Assembly (NCBI GenBank): GCA_964188305.1
Contig: OZ076890.1
Source of the DNA: Podarcis bocagei
Taxonomy: Eukaryota
Reading direction: 5' to 3' (one strand)
Length of the DNA stretch: 64,000 bases
The position numbers and the translations under genes were made by a program. Within the stretch, counting starts at the first letter, position 1, and the number at the start of each line of letters is the position of its first letter. This document shows positions 1-11,983 of this stretch, piece after piece. The notes beneath the pieces are model-generated. The model had not been told where the DNA came from and did no database searches. It was given only the letters and a program-made list of their open reading frames with translations.

Positions 1-789
1 CTCCTGTGGTTTCCAGCAACTGGTATTCAGAAGTATACTGTATCTGCCAGGTGTGTGTGCCTATGCCAGTATAATCAAATGAGAAGCCAGCACTATTCCT
101 TTCTGGATGAAATGCTCATATTATGATAGGCAGGCATGTATATTGCAGAAACTCTTGCCTCTGGTGATCCCAGCATCTGGAATAGGTCCTACGACTCACC
201 ACCCTCTCAGTGGCATCCCATACAGGTTGACCCATACATCTCAGTTGGAGCCACTGAGAACAAGTCAGTTTCGATCTGCACAATAACCTTAAGAATGGAA
301 AGCAGGGACTTTGGAAGTTGCTCATCAACAGTTAGCACCTGCACAGCTGGTTGATCATAGTCTTCCACACTGCGGTGAAATGTCCTGTTTTCCTATTTAA
401 AGAAATTCTTTATAAATCTAGATTTATGAAAAGCACGTACAAATGTTTTGCGAATCCAGTATGCATTTCCTCCCCCTCCCCATCATTGGGGAAAGGTTTA
501 TGCAAGTAAATTCCACTGAACAAATTTGGACTTACACACGTGGGATTCGGCTGAAAGTGTTCAGAACTTCCCAGAGACAAGGAATGGCAGCTAACTGGAC
601 AAAGCAGAATAAAGTGCCCTACGCATTCACTAATAATTTGAAAACTGGACACACTGCAAAACCCAGCAAGATGGGAGAGCATAAATAAGACAAGTACAGC
701 AAGATCGCCCATATGGGTTCAGTGAATGGTCTTGGGGAGAGAAGCGAGACATCTCTCACATCCCACTGCCTCTCATGTTTGCTGGAGAG

Positions 790-1650
790 ACCAACCAGAG
801 GGCGGATTAAGCCCGCAGGCAAAGCTGTCCTCCCACTTCGCCGGCTGAAACATGCTCACAAGCCCGGCCGTGGGAACTCCCACGCCATACACGTGACCGG
901 CTGGGAAAGAGCGCCGCGACGCCCGCTGGGAGATGTAGTCTTCTGGTGGCTCCTGGTCGGGGCAGGCGCCCGGCTGAAGAAACCGCATTTCCCAGGGTCC
1001 TCCTGGGGGTGGCGCCGAATCTCCTGCCGGCGAGCTGCTGCACCCGGGCGGCGTTGCTGAAAAGGGGGAGGAGGGAGGAGGTCTCTGTTCCGCGAGCCTC
1101 GGCGTTTCCTCGCGCCAGCGCTGCAAGAGGAAGGCGGGTTTCCCGTGAGGCAACAGCAGCAGCAGCAACTTTTGCTTTCGCAACTCCGCCGGCAGCTGCG
1201 CAAGCGGCGAGCTGCTCCGCTCTCGGACTCGCTGCGAGGGTCCCGCGCCACCTGCCTCGCTCCGTCAGCATGAGTTTGTGGGCTCGCGTGGGCATCTTGG
1301 GCACCCTGGCGTACTGCGTAGCGAGCAAGAGGAGAGCCCTGGCCGAGCCCAGGAGGAGCAAAGCGCCGCGCGGAAGCGGCGGCGACGACGACCCGCTGGA
1401 GCTCAAGCTGGTGCAGGTTCTTTTCCGGCACGGCGCCCGCACTCCGCTGAGACCCATCCCCGATGTGGAGCAGGTGAGGGGTGGAAGGAGAGGGGCTGCG
1501 GGGAGAGGGACGGAGCTGGCGGAGCAGGGCTCGCCGTCCCACTCGGCCACCAGCGGGTCACCGGGCCAGGCAGTCCCTCAGTCCAGCCGAACCTGCCTCC
1601 CAGTGTCGTCGTCGGGATGAAATGGGGAGAGGGGAAACCATCTATGCCGC
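790..1650. promoter_or_regulatory. CpG island / ACP6 promoter and first exon
   Basis: Sharp rise in GC and CpG density around exon 1. E-box CACGTGAC at 890-897 and ZNF143-type CTGGGAGATGTAGT at 926-939. Confidence 0.85.
1270..1473 (+). CDS. ACP6: ACP6 coding exon 1 (MSLWARVGILGTLAYCV...FRHGARTPLRPIPDVEQ)
   Basis: ATG in agcATGa context, RHGxRxP catalytic motif, donor CAG|gtgagg, phase 0. Confidence 0.93.
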
Positions 1651-2134
1651 CTTGAACCCCAGGCAGAAATGATGCAGTCAATGCATACATGCCTCTTCCC
1701 TTTCCCTCTGGCCCTTCCCAAAAACAAGGGCCATGGGGGAAGCATCAGCTGGGGGGGGCGACATTCAGCAATATACCCCTCCCTGGGTTGGTTCGACCCC
1801 TCTTGGCTTCTTGCCCCCCACCATAGGTGCCAACTCCTAGGTAAGTAAAATATTATTTGACCCCCCCCAATAAAATATTTGAGGTGGCTGCCCCCCAAGT
1901 TGATGGGCATTGTGATTCAAATAGTATGTGTGCCTGCAGTGCCTTGTGATCAATTATATGGGGTTGGGGGTCACCTCCCCCCCCCATATTTTATTCAAGA
2001 CAGCACCCCAGCACACACACACACCCGCTGTCTGTTCACTTGCATGCGTGCGCGCACACACACACACCCATCCACACAACCACCCAAGTGGGAAGCACAA
2101 GGTGAGGGTCCCATTTGCTCTCCTCGCTGTTTGC

Positions 2135-2280
2135 TGGCTAGGAAGATCTACAGAGTCAGACCGCTCATCCGTTGTCCACACTGGCTATTCTTCAGGCAGG
2201 AGCTTTCCCCAGTCCTACCTGGAAACGCCCAGGGTTGAACTTGGGACTTCCTGCATGAACAGCTGATGCTTTGCAACTTT
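2135..2280 (-). mobile_element. Degenerate tRNA-derived squamate SINE (Squam2-like). Related remnants near 20615-20725 and 42620-42790.
   Basis: Reverse strand reads like a tRNA head (...catgcaggaagtcccaagttcaaccctgggcgtttccaggtagg...). Family name from memory. Confidence 0.5.
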
Positions 2281-4235
2281 CCTGTTCCTAAGAGGGCAAG
2301 TGGGCAATGACAAAAGGAGGTCCAGCAGGGCCAGGAGGCTCAGCAAGTGGGGGCTTTGAGTGGAGCCCCCTGGTACCGCCCCCCCCCTCTGGGCAACACA
2401 GGCAAGCCTCAGCCAAGATCAAACCGGGGGGGGGGGGACAGCTAGTTGGGGGTGCCTGGTTGTGATAGTAGTAAAAAGGGGGGGGTTAAAAGAACATGTT
2501 AATATTGTGTCCTTAAGTGTTAAAAGTATCTCTGCTACATTGTCTCACTAATCTTTGTAACAACCCTGCCAGGTATTATGCACCTGTGATTTTAAAAAAT
2601 GTTTTTATAACCCAGTGCTGTAAATTGGCATGAAAAGCAGCAGCTTGCCAAATAATTATCAGGCATGTTCATGCAGAAATACTAGTGGAGCCGATGATGC
2701 CCTGGGCCTTGGAAATTCCTGGTGCTAACAGCAATCAATTCCTAAAGAAGGTGCTGCATTTTTTCCCCAGCTGACCTAAAAAGCCATTTGGCACATCAGG
2801 AGCAGGTGGAGGAAGCGGAAGTGGTCCGAGGAGCAGCAGAGGTTGCTGAGCTTACTAGCTCAGGGCTGTCAGTGTGGGCATTTTCACGAGGCAGCAGGTG
2901 AAGGAAGCATAGGTGGAAAATTTGGCTTTGCTCAGTGCCAGTAGCCACCAAGCGGAACGCAGGCCAAAGTACAGAAGGTACAGCAATAAGACACCTTTAT
3001 ACCGCCAACCCACAATCTGATAAAGTGGATATTTGCCCCAGAGTGCCTTGGCATAGAGAACATGGAAACAAACGTGGGAATTATGTTAAAATGTGGGCTG
3101 CCGCAGAGCTAAGGGAGTGAGCTCCATGTGAGGTCAACTCTATTGTGGTCACTTGCTTAATGCCTGCCATTCATACTGGTGGGGTGTGCTAGCTTGGGCT
3201 GCTCTGCTGCCTGTCAACAATGAGATGCTTCCTTCATTACCAGCTGGGTGCTGCAGCCCCAAATTGTGAGCGCTGGAAGGTGTAAATGCAACTGTATGCC
3301 AGAGATGGGGAGTGTGCAGACATGGCTGGACAACAATTCCCATCATCATCCCTGACCACTGGCCATGTATGTTATGTGCCTACTGATGAGTAAGAATAGT
3401 GACTCATTTATAGTGCTAATTCTCTAGCCTTGTTTTGTGCATCTCCTCCTATCTTGAATGTTACCAACCCATAGGCTAACTAACAAAGTACTATAAATAA
3501 TTTGATTGGGGTGCTTGCCTCTTGCCCTTTTAACTTCAGGAGATGCATGCATAAACATGCATTTGCATTAGTGCAGGATAGCAGTGAACATCAATCAGCC
3601 TGTAATAATAGTAAAAGTAATAATAATAATTTATATCCCGCCCGCCCTCCCCAGCCAAAGCCAGGCTCAGAGCGGCTGTATAGTCAAGATTTGGAAATTT
3701 TTCACTCTGCTTCAACCAGATCAAAGTTTATGTCACTGTCTTTCATAAACAGGTGATGAGAGAAGGCATTGCAACTTCTACTTACCCAGTTTATGAACTA
3801 CTTACCCAACACCTGCATTTCCTCTTGATTTTGTAGCTGGAATAGAATTAATGGTTGTGTTTATTTTTCCTTATGCACCATGTTCCTCTCTTGGCTCTAC
3901 CTAGCAACTTGTGATAACTTCTGGTGATGAACAGATTTGGCAGATTTACCACCTAAATCAGTAGGAAGTGCAGTTGTGAAGAAATGGAGATTGCTCTTTT
4001 TAAAGTTCCTAAACTCATACACTTTAAAGTGGAAGTTGTGGGGAAGTGGCCAAGAACTACTGATGGCAGATATGCTTCTTAGGATGAATACAGAGAAACC
4101 CTGATATTTTAAACAGTCCAGAGCAAGCCTCATTTGTATTTTCTGTGTTGCAGTGTTTCCAAAGGCAAGTGCTTGGAATAGGTCAAGGATTGGGCGCCTA
4201 CCAGCTTTTCCTCTGAGGACCAGCTGTTTAATAAC

Positions 4236-4440
4236 TTAAGAGCCCTGCTGGATGAAGCATATCTAGTCTGGCACTATGTTCTCACAGTGGCCATCAGATG
4301 CCCGTAGGAGTACCATAAGCAGAACCTGAGTGCAACAGTGCTCTCACCACACATAACTGGTCTTCAGAGGTATTTTGTTTCGGACAGTGGAGGTAGAATA
4401 TAGCCTCCATAGCTGGTGGCCATTGATAGCCTTGTCCTCC
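4236..4440 (-). mobile_element. CR1-type LINE 3'-end remnant. Similar remnants at 1-110, 7700-7806, 54870-54950.
   Basis: Similar to the 3' end of the CR1 copy at 59422 (aagagccctgctggat...gttctcacagtggcc). Confidence 0.55.
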
Positions 4441-5438
4441 ACAAATCAGCTGAGCAGGGTAGGAACACCTGCCATAGGTGATGCTATAATTGCGGCATTG
4501 AACAAGGACCATGACTTGGTTCTCTGTATTTGTAACCCTGACTAAAAGAATTGCAAGCAATCCTCTCTTGACTTTTTAACCAGCAAAATAGTTGGATATA
4601 GTATTTTAGCCCTGGCAGTTCTGCAGAGATCCATTTTTACAAGACTTCCTGATGTTGGTGTCCATAAGGCATGTGCAGCACATTTTATTAGGGGTGTGCT
4701 TACCTAGTAAATTAAATTGAAACACAGTTCTTATGAAGCCGAACAAAGGGAGAGCGAAGTGGGAGGGGGTAAAAAGAAGGGATGGAGACACAGGTGAGCA
4801 CACAGAGACTCCAGTCCACAAGCCCATCTGTGCCCCTTCCCGTCCCATAGTCACTACTTTGCATTATGGCTTCTGAGTCATCCCCAAAGCAAACCCAAAA
4901 CTCCTCCCAGGCTGACCCCACTCCTGCTCCTCCACGAAGTCTAAGAATGACACACAGGAACAAGCTATTCGCTGCTGCTGCTGCTGCTTCTCCTCCTCTT
5001 GTTACACACACAAAGCAGAGCCAGCCAAGGAGGCCTTGCCATGCTCTGACTGCTTCTCCAAACACGGGAGTAGGAGTGCTGCCACCTGCCATTGTAAAAC
5101 ATTGCTGAGGCTGCAGCCACTTTTTCTTTCTCAAGACATTAGAGTATGCATGGGCACACCCAGAAAGTATGCCTACATTGATGTTTTTGTATATTTCAAA
5201 ATCCTGGAGTAAGAAGATTGTAAAATGTGTCACTGCCTGCTCCTCTTGCAGCAGCACAGCCTGAGCGTTGAATGAGATGTTTTAGCACCAAGCTTGCAGA
5301 GTTTGCCATGCCTCTAAGCCCACTGAAATAAATTTGATTTTCCACAGTAGTGGGTTGTCAACCTCTTCTAGCTACTTGAAGGTCCCAGTTGCCTACTCAA
5401 ATGCTTTTTCTTTTCCTTCATCCTTGTTTTTGGAACAG

Positions 5439-5567
5439 GTGGTATGGGACCCTGCTCTGTTGGAGACGCCTGCCGAAACAAAGTTTGACTACACAGTAAC
5501 GAACCTGGCTGGTGGGCCAAGACCTTATTCTCCTTTCGAAGAAAGCTACAAAAAAACAGTGCTGAAG
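5439..5567 (+). CDS. ACP6: ACP6 coding exon 2 ([11 protein letters not shown]...YKKTVLK)
   Basis: Pyrimidine tract + aacag| acceptor, AAG|gtgacc donor, 129 nt. Confidence 0.93.
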
Positions 5568-5648
5568 GTGACCCAACATGTATTCCTTTGGAAATGTTGC
5601 ATCTCCCTTTATTTTTTCAGCCATTCAACAGAGCTTTTCTCTTCCCAG

Positions 5649-5779
5649 GGTGGAGTGAATGCAGGCCAGCTGACCAAAGTAGGAATGCAGCAGACGTTTG
5701 CACTGGGGAAACGGCTAAGGAGACGTTACATTGAGGAGACCCATTTCCTCTCGCCAGCATTCAAACCTTCTGAGGTCTT
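5649..5779 (+). CDS. ACP6: ACP6 coding exon 3 ([15 protein letters not shown]...KPSEV)
   Basis: cttcccag| acceptor, GQLT..G motif of histidine acid phosphatases, TT|gtgagt donor. Confidence 0.95.
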
Positions 5780-6092
5780 GTGAGTCTCTGAACACTCCAG
5801 TTTCCTTCCTAACAGCTTTCTTGCTCTTCCTGCTGACTGTTCCGCTCCCTCCCAGCCCACACGGCATCATAAGCCTTAGCAAAGTTTCATCCAAAGTCCT
5901 CGCTTGCTTTCTCCCTCACACCACGGTGTTCAGTTTGATGTTAAGAATCTCCAGCTAGAACAGATAGCAGTGCTTGGTACTGCCATATTGGTGGCTCAGA
6001 GTGCTGAAACCCCTCAAGTCCCACCCCGTGTCAGTTTGTACAGGGAGCAGCCCACTGTGCTCCCATTTCATTGGCTGCCTTCTGTCTTTCAG

Positions 6093-6172
6093 TGTCCGTT
6101 CCACTAACATTGTTCGGAATCTGGAGTCCACGCGGTGTTTGCTAGCTGGGCTGTTCCAACAGCAGAAAGAAG
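6093..6172 (+). CDS. ACP6: ACP6 coding exon 4 ([21 protein letters not shown])
   Basis: ctttcag| acceptor, RST..R..ES motif, G|gtcagc donor. Confidence 0.95.
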
Positions 6173-6316
6173 GTCAGCAATGAAGGGGAGCTCCTTGCTC
6201 CTCTGTTCGCAGTCCTGCCTTGGAGTTTCTCTCCTAACAGAGATCATTGCCCTTTACACCACTGTTCTCTTTCTGGCTCTTCTGTTTATCACTGTCTATT
6301 ATGCCATACCCTAGTG

Positions 6317-6452
6317 CAGTGTTTCTCAGACTTGGGTCCACAGCTGTTGTTGGACTACAACTCCCATCATCCCTATCTAGCAGGACCAATGGCCAGGAAT
6401 GATGGGAGTTGTAGTCTAACAACAGCTGGGGACCTGAGCCTGAGAAACACTG
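6317..6452. mobile_element. Non-autonomous hAT (Charlie-type) MITE, palindromic, 136 bp
   Basis: 13-bp TIR CAGTGTTTCTCAG/CTGAGAAACACTG and perfect 8-bp TSD CCCTAGTG (6309-6316, 6453-6460). Confidence 0.92.
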
Positions 6453-6976
6453 CCCTAGTGGATTCTGATACTGACACTTGCACTCTAAATGAGGAATTTC
6501 ACGTTTAGAAGGAACTGGTGACTACTCAGAAAAGGAGTGCTATGTTGGCTCCCTTGCTGCAACTCCTAGGGTAGAGGATGTAGTTTGCAAGGTTTGTGGT
6601 GTTGGTGGGCTTTTATTTATACAGTCATGCAATTGGGTGCAGCTCATGCACTGTATCATTTTGGGAACGTTTTCAGTAGGTGAGCTCACCGTGGCAACTG
6701 CATCAGGCCCAGGAGCTAGTAGCATGTTGCAGAGCTGGCCTCAGAAGGGCCCAGACCCCTGCTGCTCCCACAAGTATATTTCTTGCTGCATGCCTGCTTC
6801 ACAGACCTTTGTTAATGCATGCAGGTATTCTCTACATGCCTCCCTTTACCCAGGCAGGGCAAACATCGATCACAAGTTTCTGATACAGCAGAGAGCTTGA
6901 CCCCCGTAGTCAGCACAACTTGCATCATGCCCATTGCCCATTGCACCCTACTACCCTTGAAAACTGAAGGAGATGG

Positions 6977-7511
6977 AAAATTCAGCAGCCAGGTTGATCA
7001 CTGGAGCAAGACGGTCTGAGCGTATTACACCGAGCGTATTACCAATTAGTTTCTGGCTCCAATACAAAGTCCTGGTTTTGACCTATAAAGCCTTAAAACA
7101 GTTCAGGACCACAATACCTCAAGGACCGCCTCTTTCCATATGAACCTACCTAGTCTCTCAGATCATCTTCTGAGACTCTCCTTCATGTGCCTCCTCCCTG
7201 AGAGGTCCGGAGGGTGGCAACACGAGAATGGGCCTTCTCTGCAGTGGCTCCCTGTCTGTGGAATGCTCTCCCCAGGGAAGTTCATCTGGCGCCTTCATTA
7301 TACACCAGGCAAAAACGTTCCTTTTTAACCAGGCCTTTGATTGGCATTCTATGCCCTTTTAAAATGTGTTCTTTTGGGGGGGGGTATTGGGTTGTTGTTC
7401 TTTATTTTGATTATGTATTTTGTGGTTTTATATTTTGACTTTATTCTGTAAACCACCCTGAGACCTCTGGGCATGGGGTGGTATATTATTAATATTATTG
7501 AAATAAATAAA
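6977..7511 (+). mobile_element. 5'-truncated L2-clade LINE (ORF2 C-terminus + 3'UTR + (TAAA)n tail)
   Basis: Encodes NSAARLITGARRSERITP...PISFWLQYKVLVLTYKAL, typical of the L2 ORF2 end, and finishes in aaataaataaa. Confidence 0.8.
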
Positions 7512-7948
7512 TGCAAAATTTACAGAAGAAAAAAAGAGACAAAGCAGGGAGAAAAAATGAGAAGGAAAAGGGGGGCAGAAAAGGAAATTGGCTAGTTCCA
7601 TCTTCCTCCCAACTCCCATGATCAGAGTTGTGGTTCAAAACATGGGGAAGGCTGACCCAGCTATTAGTCCCATTTGCTTGGAATCGCAGGTGGTCAGAGC
7701 ACTGTTGCACTCAGGTCCTGCCTGAGGGTTTCCCATAGGCAACTGGTCAGCCATTGTGGAGTAGGTGGGCCCTTAGCTAATCCAGCAGGCTCTTCTTATG
7801 TTCCTAAGGAGAAGGTTCGAAATGATACTACAAACTGGCAGCCAGAACAAAACTTAAATGGGAAGGCAATGGCCATACTGCTTGTGCCATGCACCTTGAG
7901 GGTTGGGAATGAGCCTCTATTCAAAACCTTTAGTTGCCCAGCTTTAGA

Positions 7949-8086
7949 GAAAGATGGGTAACTTGGGTCCTCTTGATGTTGCTGGACTAAAACTCCCACC
8001 ATCCCCGGCCATTGCCCATGCTGGCTGGAGCGGATGGGAGCTAGAGTTCCCAACCACATCCAGAGAGCCACAGATAACCGACCCGG
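7949..8086. mobile_element. Degenerate palindromic hAT MITE
   Basis: Core ggactaaaactcccaccatcc...gatgggag related to the 6317 copy. Confidence 0.6.
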
Positions 8087-8789
8087 CTCTCAAACGCTGC
8101 TCTGAGCAGGCACCAAACTTATATGTGGAGCTGCACAGAGACCAGGAAGAAGAATGGAACAAACAAGTTAAATCTCAAAAGTTTTGATACTAGGATTAAG
8201 TAAATTGCAATGTTCTGCTACCAAAACATTTGTGCATAAACCACTATTTCTTGCAGAAACTCTTATTGTGTTAAACCTGATTATTGGGAAATGATTAGGA
8301 AGGGAAGAGCGCTGCGCTTACTTCTGGTTTTGTAAACCCCAATGTTTACAATGGTGGCTGTTACAAACTGCTTTGATTAAGATAATGGCATGCTGTGGTG
8401 TAAATTAAGTTACAAGTAAGAGAATCATGTGGTGTAAGTCGTTCTGTGTAAGAGCAGAATATATCACCAACAAGTATCTGAAGGCATGTGTTAATAAGTG
8501 TGCTTTGCTGAGCATTTAGCACAGTGGGCTCTTGCCTTATTAGTGCAGGCATGATTTAATGTTTGCTTGAAGCACAAATGTAATTGGGAGCATAGACTTG
8601 TATGCTCCCAAGTGCAGGGGAAGTTCCCTAATGAGCTTTGCACAAATGAGGGTCGAGATGGGTAAGAGATTGTCCTAGGATTATAAACTATTTTAAATCA
8701 GTACAAGATGTGTTTGAATTAATTCTTAACAGCCCGAAACTTTAAACCATGAATTGCAAGTGCATTCAATGTTTTTTTGTCTTGTACAG

Positions 8790-8877
8790 GACCCATTACC
8801 ATAGTTACAGATGGAGCAGACTCTGAAATCCTTTATCCCAACCCAGTGAACTGCCATGGACTGAAAGTCATGAACAG
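8790..8877 (+). CDS. ACP6: ACP6 coding exon 5 (PITIVTDGADSEILYPNPVNC)
   Basis: tacag| acceptor, AG|gtatct donor, phase matches neighbours. Confidence 0.93.
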
Positions 8878-10185
8878 GTATCTTGCCACAAACATTCTGT
8901 CTGGTGCCACTGTGCAGACAGAAGGTGCAGTAGTTATTGCAGCAAGGCCTTTCAGAAGACCTTGACCTAAATTATATGCATGACATCAGTTGATTGCCAA
9001 AAGCAATGTGCTCCCCTAAACCCTGTGAACGGTTCTGGACCTGTTCAAGCATTTAAAAGAACAGGTGGGAAGTGTTCAAACTGGGCAGAGGAGCATAGCT
9101 TAGCCACCCCTGCTCCTCCTTTTGCAAGGAGGATTGAGCTGCATTCAGAATCATCTTTATCAGGAACTTGTGCAGTCAACATGCAAAGGTTTGCTGGGCT
9201 GGGGAGCTGCACATTTTCACATGCTTCAGTTTGAGCCTTCATACACGCTTGAACCTGAAAGACACCTTCTGACTTCCTGGGGGCGGTTGGCTTGTTGCAT
9301 CCCTCACAGAACCGTTCCAGTGTTCCTCTGTGAAGCAAGCCCAGGCTTGCCATTCTTACCTTGCCTCTTTCCCTGCACCTTTTATGCCATTGCAAAAGTT
9401 TCCTTAGGGAATGACTGTGTGAGATCTAGCCATAGCCTAAAAGCTGCTGACGTGTAAGACTGCGAGACGAGAACAAAATAGCCAAAGCAAATCATGCTCT
9501 TATTGTATGTTAGAGCAGTTGTCCAACTATGTTGTGAATAAACTATTTTCAAACAATTTAAAAAAAAGCAAGCAGTTGGAATGAAAACTTCTGAAGTAGC
9601 CTACCATACTTCTGTGTCTCACAGCTTGACTATTTAAACGGCTCAGATGATAGCATTTGTTTCCCCAAACTTATACTGTAGCGACCGGTTGCATTTTGTG
9701 GAGCGGCTAATGTGCTTGCTGTGGGCTCCTCTGGGATTGTGATGGGAAAGGGCTCTCTAATATGCTGCTTGACAATTCTAGTGATTCGGTGAACTGCGTA
9801 ACTGGTGCCCAGTCAGCTCAAATAAAAGCAAGTATGATCACGCTTGTGTCAAAAGCCTATGGGACAGAGAGTGAACGGCAATTCCCTAACTCCTGGCAGA
9901 GCCAATACGATGCTATTATAATCACTATATTCTAAGACAACCCCATATGCAATTCTGCTTCTCTTTTAAGAACTGCATCGGTAACAGTTTCCTTTTCAGG
10001 GAAGCTGTGGCAAAATTAGGAATTTTCAAAGGTGGCTGTAGGCAAGCATGCCACCTTGTCCCTGCAATTCAAGGGGCCTGGGACCGTGCAACATCAGTGT
10101 GGCATGCACACATAATGCAAGCATGCCCCATGGGCGGCACCCCCCACACACACCTTGGTGCCCCTGTCCATAGGCTACTCTTGTA

Positions 10186-10315
10186 CAATGGTGCAGCTAA
10201 CCTGTGGTCCCTTCCAGATATTGCTGGGCTCTCAAATTCCATCACTCCTGGCCATGCTGGCTGATGGGAGGTGGGATCCAGCAACATCTGGGGCGCCATT
10301 GGTCATTAACATCTT
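10186..10315. mobile_element. Degenerate palindromic hAT MITE
   Basis: Inverted arms ccagatattgctgg / ccagcaacatctgg. Confidence 0.55.
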
Positions 10316-10580
10316 CCCTAGTGAGGCAAGACCTATTTAGTTATTTGCCCTGAAAAAGATCCGAGTCAACTAAGGAAAAATTATTTTCACGTGCTTAAGA
10401 CCTCTTGCTTTTTTGTAACTAATTCTGATGCATTTAGTTGTCTATTGCTCAAGCAATCATTTCAAGCCAAACAGCCCTGCACTCCTTTCTCCCTTCTAAC
10501 AAGCAGGGGGATCCAAGCACAGTAGCTTGTGCAGATTGCCATTTATGCATTATTCTGAAGCTTTCGTTTTTCCTCGACAG

Positions 10581-10716
10581 AGAGAGGCTGGCCAATGTGC
10601 TTCTTCTGCAGCCAGGAATTGCGGAGGATCTGAAGACCATTAAAGAGAAGATGGGCCTTGACAGCAAGAACGGGGCGGACTTCTTTCTCCTTTTTGACAA
10701 CATTTTTGCAGAACAG
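10581..10716 (+). CDS. ACP6: ACP6 coding exon 6 ([18 protein letters not shown]...DNIFAEQ)
   Basis: tttttcctcgacag| acceptor, CAG|gtacgc donor. Confidence 0.92.
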
Positions 10717-10808
10717 GTACGCTGTGCCTTTGTAGGAACAAGCCTGTTTTCTTTAGCCATCCAAGTTGATTCATGCAGGTCTGTGGGAGAAGCTGTGCTG
10801 AAGTAGAG

Positions 10809-10934
10809 CAGTGTGGCCGCCCAGGTGCTGATGGGCTCCAGCTCCCATTAGCCCAAGCCAGAATACCCCATGCCCAGGGATGATGGGAGTTGTAGTCAAG
10901 CAATGTATGGAAGGCCACGTGTTCACCATTTCTG
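10809..10934. mobile_element. Degenerate palindromic hAT MITE
   Basis: ctcccattagcc...gggatgatgggagttgtagtc core, ends in ctg. Confidence 0.6.
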
Positions 10935-11983
10935 TGCTAGCAACTATTCAGCAGAGTAGCTCTTGTTGCAAATGGCAAGAGAGGAAACTATGTGTCTTCC
11001 TTCAACTCTCTCCTCAAATGTCACATTTTTTGTCTTTTGGCTTAATTGTTTAACATTTCCTTTTTATCTTTCTCTCCATCCAAAAAAAATTGTTGCCTTT
11101 TACACTGGCAAAATAGATAAGCTCTTTCTTGCTGTTGTTGCTTATGAAAATCTCCAAAGTAGATTGTGTAATTATTTAATCGACTGAATTTCTGTTAATA
11201 GATCTTACCTAGGACCTGATGACCCAGAAGTAGGTTACATGAAGCAGTTAGCATGATATCAGGGGTGGGCCCAATTCTGTAATTCCCTCCTTAGGGTATA
11301 TCTGTGCTCCCTATATTAGATTGATCCCCAGTGCATCATATGAACAGATAACACATCCCGAGTTGGACCTAGCCAGACTCTTAAGTGGTCCAAGGTGGGA
11401 TATTGGCAAAGGCCTGCTACTCCACTTTATCTCAGGTTTGGCACTAAAGATTAAACTGGATGTGGGAAAAGCTTGCGTGCCGAGACATTTTAAGGGGTTA
11501 CATCAGTTACAGCAGAGGGAATACTGAATACTGTATGCTGAACATGACTATTACGGATGCTTAGGCTTTTAAGTGGCCAAGGATTGTTTTGTTGTTATAT
11601 CTTATCCTGAGATCAATAGATATAGAGTAGGCTAGAAATGTTGTAATAGGAAAAATAATGCTCTAGCTGGGTAAACCAGTATAATTACCAATCAGTAAAA
11701 GCAAAGCATTTAACAGCAATAAAAATGTGTGGTTTCAACGTTCAGGGCTCCCTTTCTTTATGGATTTGTCTGAAAAAGCTGTGCACCGTTGTTATGGAGC
11801 TTCTTTCTCCGAGATGCTTCTAACCACCCCAGGGCTTCCTGCAGCCGAGTTTGAAAGCCATTTTTGTACAACTGAACTGAACTGAACTGAATACTTAAAA
11901 CTTGTAGGAAATGAAATGTAATGAAACCCAGGTTCCTCATTGTAAACTTTCCCCTATCCTGCTGTTGTCCTTCTGATCCTGTC

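Noticed and set aside
773-1690. Long antisense and alternative-frame ORFs over ACP6 exon 1
   Set aside because: By-products of GC-rich CpG-island sequence.
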